Under the pieces are notes generated by a model that was given only the letters and a program-made list of their open reading frames with translations, was not told the origin of the DNA and did not search any database. From assembly GCA_021731245.1 (NCBI GenBank), contig JAKFXT010000002.1, positions 24,164-88,163 on the forward strand: a stretch of 64,000 bases of DNA, written 5' to 3'. The translations under genes were made by a program, and so were the position numbers. The DNA is from Patescibacteria group bacterium (GTDB lineage: Bacteria; Patescibacteriota; Minisyncoccia; Phycocordibacterales; JAKFXT01). Below, piece by piece: positions 12,578-21,852 of this stretch (its first letter is position 1; each line of letters starts with the position of its first letter).

Positions 12578-12868
12578 TCAATAGCCGCCTTCTGTTTTCG
12601 GCTTCTCAAGCTCTGATATCTTTTCTAGCCAATCCGTTTTTGATACCCGGTACGATCCAGGGAGGACATGGGTGACGAATCCTTCTTCGTCTTCATCGGG
12701 AGTTGCTAGACGAGTACGGTAGAAAATCGCAGAAGCAATTTTCCCATCCCAGAAGGTGTTTTGCCAGTCTATCGAACGCCCTGTTTCTTGTACTCTAGAT
12801 TTTACTGATGTGGGTGGACATAAAGGTGCGGAGTAGTTCCACCAGTCGTATTCTTCCATCATCCTCAT
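12578..12868 (-). CDS. Hypothetical small protein. It is locally GC-richer than its neighbours and has a good SD, unlike them.
   Basis: AAGGAG sits 9 nt upstream of the ATG. Downstream is the hairpin cccac-cgaa-gtggg followed by a T run on this strand. Local GC is clearly above the surroundings. Confidence 0.35.
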   Translation of the reverse strand: MRMMEEYDWWNYSAPLCPPTSVKSRVQETGRSIDWQNTFWDGKIASAIFYRTRLATPDEDEEGFVTHVLPGSYRVSKTDWLEKISELEKPKTEGGY

Positions 12869-12975
12869 GGAGGTGTCTCCTTGTGGCTGTCTTATGCCAA
12901 TAAAACATATAAAATATCTATAATCAAACTAGGAAAAATATTGTCATATTGCCTATAAACAAGTATATTTTCTTA

Positions 12976-15825
12976 ATGATTTCGTACGACCATAAGAAAA
13001 TTGAAAAAAAGTGGCAAGCTATTTGGGAAAAAACCAAAGCTTTTAAAGCTAAATTTCCTTCAAAAACAAAGAAATTTTATGGTCTTATAGAATTCCCGTA
13101 CCCATCAGGTGATGGACTCCACGTGGGGCATATTAGAAGTAATACCGCTATGGATATTATTTCTAGAAAGCGTCGTGCTGAAGGATATAACGTACTTTAC
13201 CCAATGGGCTGGGACGCCTTCGGACTTCCTACAGAAAACTATGCGATTAAGACGGGAATTCATCCTGCTATTGTCACGAAGCAAAATACAGACACATTCC
13301 GAAAACAATTAAAAAATTTAGGATTCTCTTTTGATTGGGATAGAGAAATAAATACAACGGACCCAAAATATTATAAATGGACACAGTGGATTTTCTTACA
13401 ATTATTTAAAAAAGGCTTAGCTTATAAAGCCACTATACCTATTAATTGGTGTTTGAACTGTAAAGTTGGTTTAGCGAACGAAGAGGTGGTAGACGGAAAA
13501 TGCGAAAGATGTGGGGGACCAACAGAAAAAAGAGACAAAGAACAGTGGATGCTTGCTATTACTAAGTATGCTGACCGATTGGATAAAGATTTGGATTCCG
13601 TTGATTATTTACCGCAAATAAAAACACAACAGAGAAATTGGATAGGGCGTTCTGTAGGGGCTGAAATTGAATTTAAAATAAAAGGGACTGATAGTAGTTT
13701 AAAAGTTTTTACTACAAGACCAGATACGCTTTTTGGTGCCACATATGTAGTAATTGCACCAGAGCATAAAATTATAGATACGCTTAAAAATAAAATTAAT
13801 AATGCTCTTGAAGTGGGTATGTATGTGCAACTTGCAGCCAATCAAAATGAGATGGAACGTCTTGCAGAAGGTAAGGAAAAAACAGGTGTAGAAATAAAAG
13901 GAATTAAAGCAATTAATCCTGCAAATGGAGAAGAGCTTCCTGTTTATGTAGCTGACTATGTTTTATCTACATATGGTACGGGGGCAATAATGGCAGTTCC
14001 AGCGCACGATGAGAGGGATTATGAATTCGCTAAGAAGCTTAGTTTGCCAATCAAAGAAGTTGTAATACCAAGCAGAATAGATAGAAATAATCCACCGCGT
14101 AAAGAAGGTAAAAAAACAGTAGAAAGGACCAATGTTCATGCCATTATTAGAAATCCAAAGAATGGAAATATTTTGTGTTTAAAATGGAAAAAACAACCGT
14201 GGATTACTTTTCCTATGGGTGGAGTTGAAAAGGGAGAGGATTTGGTGGAAGCGGCTAGACGTGAGGCACGAGAAGAAACCGGCTATACCAACTTAAAGTT
14301 GGTGAAAGTCATGGGAGGTCTTGTTAAAGCTGAATATTTTGCGACGCATAAAAATGAAAACAGAGTGTCTTGGACCAACGCCGTAATGTTTGATTTAAGT
14401 GATGAATTTCAAGAAGAAAGGAGCGAGGAAGAAAAAAATAATTATGACCTTGTTTGGTTTTCTAAAAATGAAATAACTTATCCAAAAATAGTCCACGCAG
14501 AACTCGATATATGGTTATCACGTTGGGATAAAGAAGATTTTACATATATAGAGGAGGGTGTACTTATAAATTCTGGAAAGTTTGATGGAATGGAAAGTGA
14601 AAAAGCTAAGTCAGAAATTACAAAATTTGTTAAAGGTAAAAAAGTTACTAAATTTAAACTCCGTGATTGGGTTTTTTCCCGTCAAAGATATTGGGGGGAG
14701 CCGATACCTGTAATTAATTGTAAGAAATGTGGGCTTGTTCCAGTGCCCGAAAAACAACTTCCTGTATTACTGCCTGATGTAAAAAATTATAAGCCAACTG
14801 ATAATGGAGAATCTCCACTTGCAAATATTAATTATTGGGTAAATGTGAATTGCCCAAAGTGTAAAGGTAAAGCAAAAAGAGAAACTGATGTTATGCCAAA
14901 CTGGGCCGGGTCCTCTTGGTACTTCCTTCGTTATACGGACTCAAAAAATAATAAGGAATTTGCCTCTAAAAAGGCGCTTAAATACTTCACGCCCATTGAT
15001 TGGTACAACGGAGGAATGGAACACACTACACTACATCTTCTTTATTCAAGATTTTGGCACAAGTTTTTGTTTGATTTGAAATTAGTGCCAACAAAGGAAC
15101 CTTATCAAAAAAGGACTTCACATGGACTTATTCTTGCAGAAGGAGGAGTTAAAATGAGCAAGTCAAAAGGGAACGTTATTAACCCAGACACAATAGTAGA
15201 AAATGTCGGGGCGGACACTCTTCGTTTGTATGAAATGTTTATGGGTCCATTTGATCAAGCTATTGCTTGGAATGAAGACAGTATGGTTGGATGCCGCAGG
15301 TTTATAGAAAGAGTTATAAAACTAAGTGAAAAAATTAAGAATATACCAAATAAAAATGGAGATGAAACACTTGAAGTCTTAATAAATCAAACTATAAAGA
15401 AGGTGACTGAAGATATTGAGAGTATGAAGTTTAATACTGCCGTGAGTGCCATGATGATACTCTGTAATGAATTTGAAAAAAGAGAATTTATTTCAAAAAA
15501 TGAATTTGAAGTGTTTATAAAAATACTTTCTCCATTTACACCGCACATAACAGAAGAGCTCTGGCAGAACATTGGCAATAAAGGAAGTGTCCATTCTGTA
15601 AAATGGTCCGTATTTAATAAAAATAAATTATTAAATGATGAAGTTAATATTTCAGTTTCGGTGAACGGTAAAAGTAGGGGAATCGTAAAAGCAAAAAATG
15701 ATGCCACGGAAGAAGATGTTATACGTTTAGCAAAGAAGAATTCTGAAATAGAGAAGTGGATTAAAGAGTATGAGAAAGTTATATACGTTAAGGGTAAAAT
15801 TATAAATTTCGTAACAGGTAAATAA
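12976..15825 (+). CDS. leuS: Leucyl-tRNA synthetase with a Nudix hydrolase domain inserted after the editing-domain HDxRD motif. An alternative start exists at 12949.
   Basis: HIGH motif (HVGH), KMSKS, two Cys4 zinc knuckles, the TTRPDT editing motif and AHDERDYEFA. A ~160-aa insert (14065-14550) carries a perfect Nudix box, GGVEKGEDLVEAARREAREETGY. Confidence 0.9.
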   Translation: MISYDHKKIEKKWQAIWEKTKAFKAKFPSKTKKFYGLIEFPYPSGDGLHVGHIRSNTAMDIISRKRRAEGYNVLYPMGWDAFGLPTENYAIKTGIHPAIVTKQNTDTFRKQLKNLGFSFDWDREINTTDPKYYKWTQWIFLQLFKKGLAYKATIPINWCLNCKVGLANEEVVDGKCERCGGPTEKRDKEQWMLAITKYADRLDKDLDSVDYLPQIKTQQRNWIGRSVGAEIEFKIKGTDSSLKVFTTRPDTLFGATYVVIAPEHKIIDTLKNKINNALEVGMYVQLAANQNEMERLAEGKEKTGVEIKGIKAINPANGEELPVYVADYVLSTYGTGAIMAVPAHDERDYEFAKKLSLPIKEVVIPSRIDRNNPPRKEGKKTVERTNVHAIIRNPKNGNILCLKWKKQPWITFPMGGVEKGEDLVEAARREAREETGYTNLKLVKVMGGLVKAEYFATHKNENRVSWTNAVMFDLSDEFQEERSEEEKNNYDLVWFSKNEITYPKIVHAELDIWLSRWDKEDFTYIEEGVLINSGKFDGMESEKAKSEITKFVKGKKVTKFKLRDWVFSRQRYWGEPIPVINCKKCGLVPVPEKQLPVLLPDVKNYKPTDNGESPLANINYWVNVNCPKCKGKAKRETDVMPNWAGSSWYFLRYTDSKNNKEFASKKALKYFTPIDWYNGGMEHTTLHLLYSRFWHKFLFDLKLVPTKEPYQKRTSHGLILAEGGVKMSKSKGNVINPDTIVENVGADTLRLYEMFMGPFDQAIAWNEDSMVGCRRFIERVIKLSEKIKNIPNKNGDETLEVLINQTIKKVTEDIESMKFNTAVSAMMILCNEFEKREFISKNEFEVFIKILSPFTPHITEELWQNIGNKGSVHSVKWSVFNKNKLLNDEVNISVSVNGKSRGIVKAKNDATEEDVIRLAKKNSEIEKWIKEYEKVIYVKGKIINFVTGK

Positions 15826-15828
15826 TAT

Positions 15829-15963
15829 ATGGAATCGTTTTGGGGTCTGCTTTTTTTCGTTTTTAGAATGGGGTTCTTTTTCTTATTTGGGATTATTATG
15901 TTGCCGGCTATGGGCCTAGTACTAGTCTTTTGGGATCCTTGGATGAGCCTCATTGAGGACTAA
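15829..15963 (+). CDS. Possible 44-aa hydrophobic peptide (below the track threshold)
   Basis: ATG at 15829, strongly hydrophobic (MESFWGLLFFVFRMGFFFLFGIIMLPAMGLVLVFW...). No RBS. Speculative. Confidence 0.15.
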   Translation: MESFWGLLFFVFRMGFFFLFGIIMLPAMGLVLVFWDPWMSLIED

Positions 15964-16046
15964 ATGTTGTGTAATTTGGTACCCTTGACGAAGAAAGGTT
16001 GAGGTGGTAGAAATAGGTCTGTTACGAGATTCTTTACTCCGTATTC

Positions 16047-17078
16047 ATGTCTATCAAACTTACATTTAAACCAAAACAAGTAGTCAAAAGGCTTTTGTCA
16101 GCCCTTCCTCCACGTGCCTCCGACGTGGTTGTTAATCGTTATGGTCTTGGAAAAACACCAGAAAGAATGACACTTGAAGCTATTGGAAAGAACTACAAAA
16201 TCACCAGAGAAAGAGTTCGTCAGATTGAGAATTACTCTTTTGGTGTTATAAGGAAATCTCCACTTTATAATAAAGAAAAAGCTATTTTTGATGAGTTACA
16301 AACAGTGGTGGATGAGATGGGCAATGTCGTTTCGGAACATCATCTTTTGAAAAATATTTCTGAAGATTTGAGTACGCAAAATAATATACACTTTCTACTA
16401 GTGTTGGGAGATGCTTTCAAGAAAAGAAAAGAGGATGAACATTTTAATCACCGCTGGTTTGTGGATGATTCTTTGGCTAATAAAGTTGAAACGGCTTTGA
16501 AGAAACTTTATGAGACACTTGAAGATGAGGCTATTATACCGGAGTCAGAAATGATCTCTACATTTTTAGATAGTTTGAAAGAAATTTCAGAAAAATACAG
16601 AAACGATGAAATAGCCAAAAGATGGCTAGGTTTGTCTAAAAAAATTGGACATAATCCACTTGGAGAATGGGGCATCTCTCATTCTTCAAATATAAAAGCT
16701 AAGGGTATGCGTGACTTCGCCTATCTTTCTATTCGTCGTCACGGATCCCCAATGCACTTTACTGAAGTTGCCAAGTCTATAAAACAGCTTTTTGATCGTG
16801 AGGCTCATGTTGCAACATGCCATAACGAACTTATAAAGGATAAGAGGTTTGTTTTGGTTGGACGTGGGCTTTATGCGCTTTCTGAATGGGGCTACTCATC
16901 TGGTGTTGTAAAAGATGTTATTCGCGAAATAATAAAGAAATATGGGCCACTTAGTAAACAAGAGGTGGTAGATAAAGTTTTGAAAGAAAGATATGTAAAG
17001 GAAAATACTATTGCCGTGAACTTACAAAACCCAAAGTTTTTCAAAAAGAATAAAGAGGGTAAGTATAGTATTGTTTAA
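16047..17078 (+). CDS. Sigma-70 region-4-like HTH protein with a C-terminal winged-helix-like domain. Putative transcription factor.
   Basis: The N-terminus (TLEAIGKNYKITRERVRQIE) matches the sigma70 region 4.2 helix-turn-helix signature. Promoter TTGACG-N17-TAGAAA lies upstream at ~15990. Confidence 0.5.
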   Translation: MSIKLTFKPKQVVKRLLSALPPRASDVVVNRYGLGKTPERMTLEAIGKNYKITRERVRQIENYSFGVIRKSPLYNKEKAIFDELQTVVDEMGNVVSEHHLLKNISEDLSTQNNIHFLLVLGDAFKKRKEDEHFNHRWFVDDSLANKVETALKKLYETLEDEAIIPESEMISTFLDSLKEISEKYRNDEIAKRWLGLSKKIGHNPLGEWGISHSSNIKAKGMRDFAYLSIRRHGSPMHFTEVAKSIKQLFDREAHVATCHNELIKDKRFVLVGRGLYALSEWGYSSGVVKDVIREIIKKYGPLSKQEVVDKVLKERYVKENTIAVNLQNPKFFKKNKEGKYSIV

Positions 17079-17107
17079 TAAATTGTAATTTAATTAGTTA
17101 ACAAAAA

Positions 17108-17140
17108 ATGACTCCTCAAGGGTCATTTTTTGCGTTACAA
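17108..17140 (+). terminator. Rho-independent terminator
   Basis: aATGACtcctcaaggGTCATtttttt. Confidence 0.5.
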
Positions 17141-17142
17141 TA

Positions 17143-18438
17143 TTGGGAATGGATATTTTCATAGAACTTTTTAGAGAGACTATCAGTGTCTTTACAGGAC
17201 CTGAGTTTGCGCTTGCTTATAAGTTTGTTTATGTCACCTCTCCTTTTTGGCTACCTTTTTTCTTAGCAATTTCTTTTTGGTATGTTTGGGTAAATTATAT
17301 TAGATCGCGCTACATAGCTTCTTTGGAGTATATTTTACTTGAAATAAAATTACCACCAGAGGTATATAAATCACCGCTTGCAATGGAATTAGTTTTAAAT
17401 GGTCTGTACACCACTGCGGGAGAGACTGGTTGGTATAAACTTTATATAAGAGGTTCGACGAGAGCTTACTTTTCTTTTGAAATAGTTTCTCTCGAAGGGA
17501 ATGTTCATTTGTATGTTTGGGCAAGAAAAATAACTAAAAATATAATTGAATCACAATTTTATAGCCAATATCCTAATATAGAAATTACAGAAGTGCCTGA
17601 TTATACAGATATGGTAGCTCATTATGACCCCAGTATTTATAATTTGTGGGGTGCGCATTATAAATTGAAATTACCTGACCCATACCCAATAAAAACATAT
17701 TTAGATTTTGGATTAGAAAAAGACCCGAAAGAAGAATTTAAGGTGGATCCCTTATCGGCTGTTATTGAATATCTCAGTGTCTTAGGTAAAGGAGAATATG
17801 CCTGCTTCCAGTTTGTATTCCGTGCTCATAAAGAGAAGGCAAAAGGTGGGTCTTGGTTTAAGAAAACTACTTGGCAAGATGAGGCGCGAGAGATAATAGA
17901 TGAGATTTATGAAAACATGGAAAATGTTCAAGAAACCGAAGATGGCGAAAGGCGTTTTAGGCGCTCTCCTACAAAAGGAGAGAGTATGGCACTTGAAAGA
18001 TTGGAAAGAATTATAACCAAGCCCGCTTTTGATGTCGGTGTTAGGTCTTTATATTTTGCTAAACCGGAAAATTATAAAGGTGTTAATATTCCTGGACTTG
18101 TTAATATTTTTAAACAATTCGGTGGGGTTACTTTTGATGATAAGTCTCACAATCTAGCTTACTCATATAACACTTTGGCTATTTCAGGGGCTACTGATTA
18201 TGACTACCCTTGGCATGATTTTAGAAAAATAAGAGAAATGTCTAATCGTTATGAAATAGTTGACGCCTATAGAAGAAGACAGTTCTTCCATACTCCACAT
18301 AAGATGGATGAAGTTTTTGTCTTAAGTACGGAAGAATTGGCGACTTTGTTCCACCCAATTGGAACTGTATTACAGACATCTAATATTGAGCGTATTTCTT
18401 CACGCAAAGCTGAGCCGCCAAGAAATTTACCGAGATAG
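17143..18438 (+). CDS. Hypothetical protein with an N-terminal TM segment
   Basis: 431-aa ORF with no recognisable catalytic motif. Confidence 0.4.
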   Translation: MGMDIFIELFRETISVFTGPEFALAYKFVYVTSPFWLPFFLAISFWYVWVNYIRSRYIASLEYILLEIKLPPEVYKSPLAMELVLNGLYTTAGETGWYKLYIRGSTRAYFSFEIVSLEGNVHLYVWARKITKNIIESQFYSQYPNIEITEVPDYTDMVAHYDPSIYNLWGAHYKLKLPDPYPIKTYLDFGLEKDPKEEFKVDPLSAVIEYLSVLGKGEYACFQFVFRAHKEKAKGGSWFKKTTWQDEAREIIDEIYENMENVQETEDGERRFRRSPTKGESMALERLERIITKPAFDVGVRSLYFAKPENYKGVNIPGLVNIFKQFGGVTFDDKSHNLAYSYNTLAISGATDYDYPWHDFRKIREMSNRYEIVDAYRRRQFFHTPHKMDEVFVLSTEELATLFHPIGTVLQTSNIERISSRKAEPPRNLPR

Positions 18439-18442
18439 TTTT

Positions 18443-19414
18443 ATGCCCGAGTTCCTCATAAACAGGAAGCGCTTTTTCATCGCCCATTTCCTTTCAATGT
18501 GTTTTTTCTTATTTATTTTTTATGGAGTTTTTTTAAGTGCGCCTTATAATTTTCCAGTAGACAAAATGGTAGTTATTCCTAAAGGAACGACGGTTTTAGC
18601 TGCTGGGGAATTATTAAAAGAAAATAGAATTATTTCTTACCCATCAATTTTTTCAATGATTGTAAAAATTACAAGTCCTAACGATGCGATTATTGCTGGA
18701 GGATATATTTTTAGAGAGAGAGAAAGTGTCATAACTGTCGGTAGGCGCCTTGCCACAGGACGTCATGAGCTCGACACAATTAAGATTACCTTTCCTGAGG
18801 GTCTTACTGTTAAGGAAATGGCAAAATTATGTAAAGATAATTTGCCACTTTGTGATGAAAAAGAATTTATAAAATTGGGGGCCTCACTTGAAGGATATCT
18901 ATATCCTGATACTTATTTTTTTATTCAATCTTCAATTGCTGAAGATGTTATACAAATGATGAAAGATACTTTTAATCAAAAGATTCTACAACTTGATAAA
19001 GAAATAAAATCTTTCGATAAATCAGAGAAAGATATACTTATAATGGCTTCTATTTTAGAAAAGGAGGCACAAAACTTTGAAAATAGAAAAGCGGTGGCCA
19101 GTATTCTTTGGAAGAGAATTTCTATAGGTATGCCACTACAGGCTGATGCTACGCTTCAGTACGAAACTGGTAAAAATACCTATCAACTTACAACAGAAGA
19201 TTTGGCAAAAAAATCTCCTTACAACAGTTATACAAGTAAAGGTCTTCCTCCAACCCCAATAGCAAATCCTTCAATTGAATCTATAAGGGCGGCAATAACT
19301 ATAAAACCAACTAAGTATCTTTATTATTTGACTGATAAAAGCGGTAATTTCTACTTTGCAGAAACCCATGAACAGCATGTCATTAATAAGCAGAAATATC
19401 TTAATAGCTTTTAG
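18443..19414 (+). CDS. mltG: Endolytic murein transglycosylase MltG (YceG-like)
   Basis: N-terminal TM helix, a YceG-like domain with the conserved ...MASILEKEA... and the C-terminal YNTY...GLPP pattern. Confidence 0.8.
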   Translation: MPEFLINRKRFFIAHFLSMCFFLFIFYGVFLSAPYNFPVDKMVVIPKGTTVLAAGELLKENRIISYPSIFSMIVKITSPNDAIIAGGYIFRERESVITVGRRLATGRHELDTIKITFPEGLTVKEMAKLCKDNLPLCDEKEFIKLGASLEGYLYPDTYFFIQSSIAEDVIQMMKDTFNQKILQLDKEIKSFDKSEKDILIMASILEKEAQNFENRKAVASILWKRISIGMPLQADATLQYETGKNTYQLTTEDLAKKSPYNSYTSKGLPPTPIANPSIESIRAAITIKPTKYLYYLTDKSGNFYFAETHEQHVINKQKYLNSF

Positions 19415-19455
19415 GCGCTAGCTTTAAGAAAAGAATAGGGTAATCTAGGTTCCGT

Positions 19456-20502
19456 ATGAATGTTAAAGGAAAAAAAGTGTTTGTTGGTATGTCAGGGGGC
19501 GTAGACTCATCGGTTTCAGCCTATCTACTTAAAAAAGCGGGATATGACGTTACAGGTGTTTTTATTAAGGTTTGGCAGCCAGACTTTGTTCCATGCACAT
19601 GGAAGGAAGATAGATTAGATGCTATGAGAGTGGCGGCCTCTTTAAATATTCCTTTTAAAACACTAAATCTGGAAAAAGAATATAAGGAAGGAGTTATTGA
19701 TTATATGATTGAAGAGTATAAAGCAGGAAGAACGCCTAATCCAGACGTTTTTTGTAATAAAGAAGTTAAATTTGGAGCTTTTTTAAATTGGGCAATTAAG
19801 AATGGGGCGAATTATGTGGCTACGGGTCACTATGCTCAAAATAAATCCCAGCTTTTAAAAGGGAAAGATGATAGTAAGGATCAGAGCTACTTTTTATGGA
19901 CGTTGACGGAAGAACAGTTAAAACATATTTTATTTCCAGTAGGGGGTATGAAAAAGACTGAGGTGAGGAAAATTGCAGAAAAAGCCGGACTTGCCACTGC
20001 AAATAAAAAAGATAGTCAGGGATTATGTTTTATTTCAAATATTGATATGAAGCAGTTTCTTAAGCATTTTATAAAAGAAAAAAAAGGAAACGTTATTGAT
20101 GAAAAGGGGAAAGTTTTAGGCAAACACAGTGGAGTGGTGTTTCATACAATTGGTGAAAGAGGGGGATTTGAAATTAATGAGGCAGCTCCGGACAATAAAC
20201 CCTATTATGTAGTGAAAAAAGATGTTTCAAAAAATGAAATTATTGTTTCCCATGTTCCACATGCGGGGGAATCTTTCAAATCAAAATTTTTGATTAATAA
20301 TATTAATTTTGTATCAAAAAAAGAAAATGACTTTAATTGCGTTGCTCAAATTCGTTATCATGGAGAATTTTTGCCGTGCCAAGTTTCACTAAATAAAAAA
20401 GAAAATACGGTGACTTTCAAAAAACCCACACTTGTTTCGTCTGGCCAATCAATTGTTTTTTACGACAAAGAGGTTTGCTTGGGAGGAGGGATAATAAATT
20501 AG
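19456..20502 (+). CDS. mnmA: tRNA-specific 2-thiouridylase MnmA
   Basis: PP-loop SGGVDSS, the conserved catalytic cysteines and a C-terminal beta-barrel. 348 aa. Confidence 0.9.
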   Translation: MNVKGKKVFVGMSGGVDSSVSAYLLKKAGYDVTGVFIKVWQPDFVPCTWKEDRLDAMRVAASLNIPFKTLNLEKEYKEGVIDYMIEEYKAGRTPNPDVFCNKEVKFGAFLNWAIKNGANYVATGHYAQNKSQLLKGKDDSKDQSYFLWTLTEEQLKHILFPVGGMKKTEVRKIAEKAGLATANKKDSQGLCFISNIDMKQFLKHFIKEKKGNVIDEKGKVLGKHSGVVFHTIGERGGFEINEAAPDNKPYYVVKKDVSKNEIIVSHVPHAGESFKSKFLINNINFVSKKENDFNCVAQIRYHGEFLPCQVSLNKKENTVTFKKPTLVSSGQSIVFYDKEVCLGGGIIN

Positions 20503-20525
20503 CAGCTTTTTTACATATTGCTATA

Positions 20526-21374
20526 ATGTCTGAAATGAAAAAACCTCTATTGGTTCTAAAAGAAAATGGTGAACTTGAGGCATTTGATGCTTCTAAATTT
20601 GTACACTCTCTTCATCGCTCCGGTGCGTCTGACAAGACAATTACCACTCTTTTAAAAGAAGTTAGGAATGAATTACATCAAGGGATGCCAACCAATTTAA
20701 TCTATAGGAATGCTTACGACCAGTTAAGAAGACTCGAGAAACCGGCTGCTATGAGATATTCGCTTAAAAGAGCGGTACTAGACCTGGGACCATCAGGGTT
20801 TCCTTTTGAGGATTTTATAGGGGAAATATTTAAAGCTAAGGGTTTTAGCGTAGAAACGGGAGTTATGATGCAAGGATCTTGCGTTGAGCACGAAGTTGAT
20901 TTGGTGGCTACAAATGAAAAAAAGTCTATCGTTGGAGAAGTGAAGTTCCACAATGAACTCGGAATGAAATCCGACTTAAAAGTAGCTTTATATGTTAATT
21001 CGCGTGTTGAAGATTTAAAAAAATATAGAGCGGAGAGAGGAGAAAGGGCCATTGACGAAGGTTGGCTTATAACTAATACCAAATTTTCAAAACCCGCCGT
21101 GCACTATGCAAACTGCAAGGGCTTAAAAGTTTTAAGTTGGACATACCCTCGTTATGGGAATCTACAAGATTTAATTGAAGAGACTAAGATACATCCAATA
21201 ACGGCACTAACGACACTTTCTAGAGGTGAGAAGAATCAACTTTTACAAAACAAAATAGTTTTATGTAGAAATATAAATGAGAATGAAAAAGCACTTAAAT
21301 CAATTGGCATAAGTGGTCTGAAGCTTGGGCGCGTGCTTGAAGAAGGTAAAATGATGTGCGAAAATACTTTATAA
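20526..21374 (+). CDS. ATP-cone domain fused to a restriction-endonuclease-like (Mrr/PD-(D/E)xK) domain
   Basis: The N-terminus (LVLKENGELEAFDASKFVHSL...) is ATP-cone-like. The central region (FEDFIGEIFKAKGF...EHEVDLVAT...GEVK) matches Mrr-type catalytic core spacing. Confidence 0.5.
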   Translation: MSEMKKPLLVLKENGELEAFDASKFVHSLHRSGASDKTITTLLKEVRNELHQGMPTNLIYRNAYDQLRRLEKPAAMRYSLKRAVLDLGPSGFPFEDFIGEIFKAKGFSVETGVMMQGSCVEHEVDLVATNEKKSIVGEVKFHNELGMKSDLKVALYVNSRVEDLKKYRAERGERAIDEGWLITNTKFSKPAVHYANCKGLKVLSWTYPRYGNLQDLIEETKIHPITALTTLSRGEKNQLLQNKIVLCRNINENEKALKSIGISGLKLGRVLEEGKMMCENTL

Positions 21375-21375
21375 T

Positions 21376-21825
21376 ATGTTGGAATCTTTCTTTGCATTTA
21401 ACATTCCATTACTAATAAAACTTTTACTGGCTATTTTACTTGGTGGCTTGATTGGTGTTGAAAGAACCATGGCCAATAAAATGGCGGGGCTTCGAACCTA
21501 TGCATTCGTTTCACTTGGCTCATGCTTGCTTATAATTATTTCTTCTCTGACAACTGATAATTTTGTTAGTGTTACTGATTTTGACCCCCTTAGAATTGCT
21601 GCAGCCATAGTAATGGGAATCGGTTTTATTTGTGGAGGGGCTATCATTTATCACGATAATAGACTTTCAGGCTTAACTACTGCTGCTGGTATGTGGGTAG
21701 CTTCTGGTATTGGGGTTGCTGTTGGTTTTGGGTACTTTTCTCTTGCGATAATGACGACAGTTCTTACTTTATTTATTTTCTCTACTCTTTGGGAGGTAGA
21801 GGAGAAATTCAAAAAGAGTGAATAA
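21376..21825 (+). CDS. MgtC/SapB family membrane protein
   Basis: LLGGLIGVERTMANKMAGLRTYAFVSLGSCLL is the MgtC-family signature. 149 aa, 4-5 TM helices. Confidence 0.75.
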   Translation: MLESFFAFNIPLLIKLLLAILLGGLIGVERTMANKMAGLRTYAFVSLGSCLLIIISSLTTDNFVSVTDFDPLRIAAAIVMGIGFICGGAIIYHDNRLSGLTTAAGMWVASGIGVAVGFGYFSLAIMTTVLTLFIFSTLWEVEEKFKKSE

Positions 21826-21852
21826 TTGTAAGCATGTTATAATTGCTTACAA

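Noticed and set aside
15387-15953. 188-aa minus-strand ORF overlapping the leuS 3' end
   Set aside because: Antisense to leuS. AT-rich low-complexity translation.
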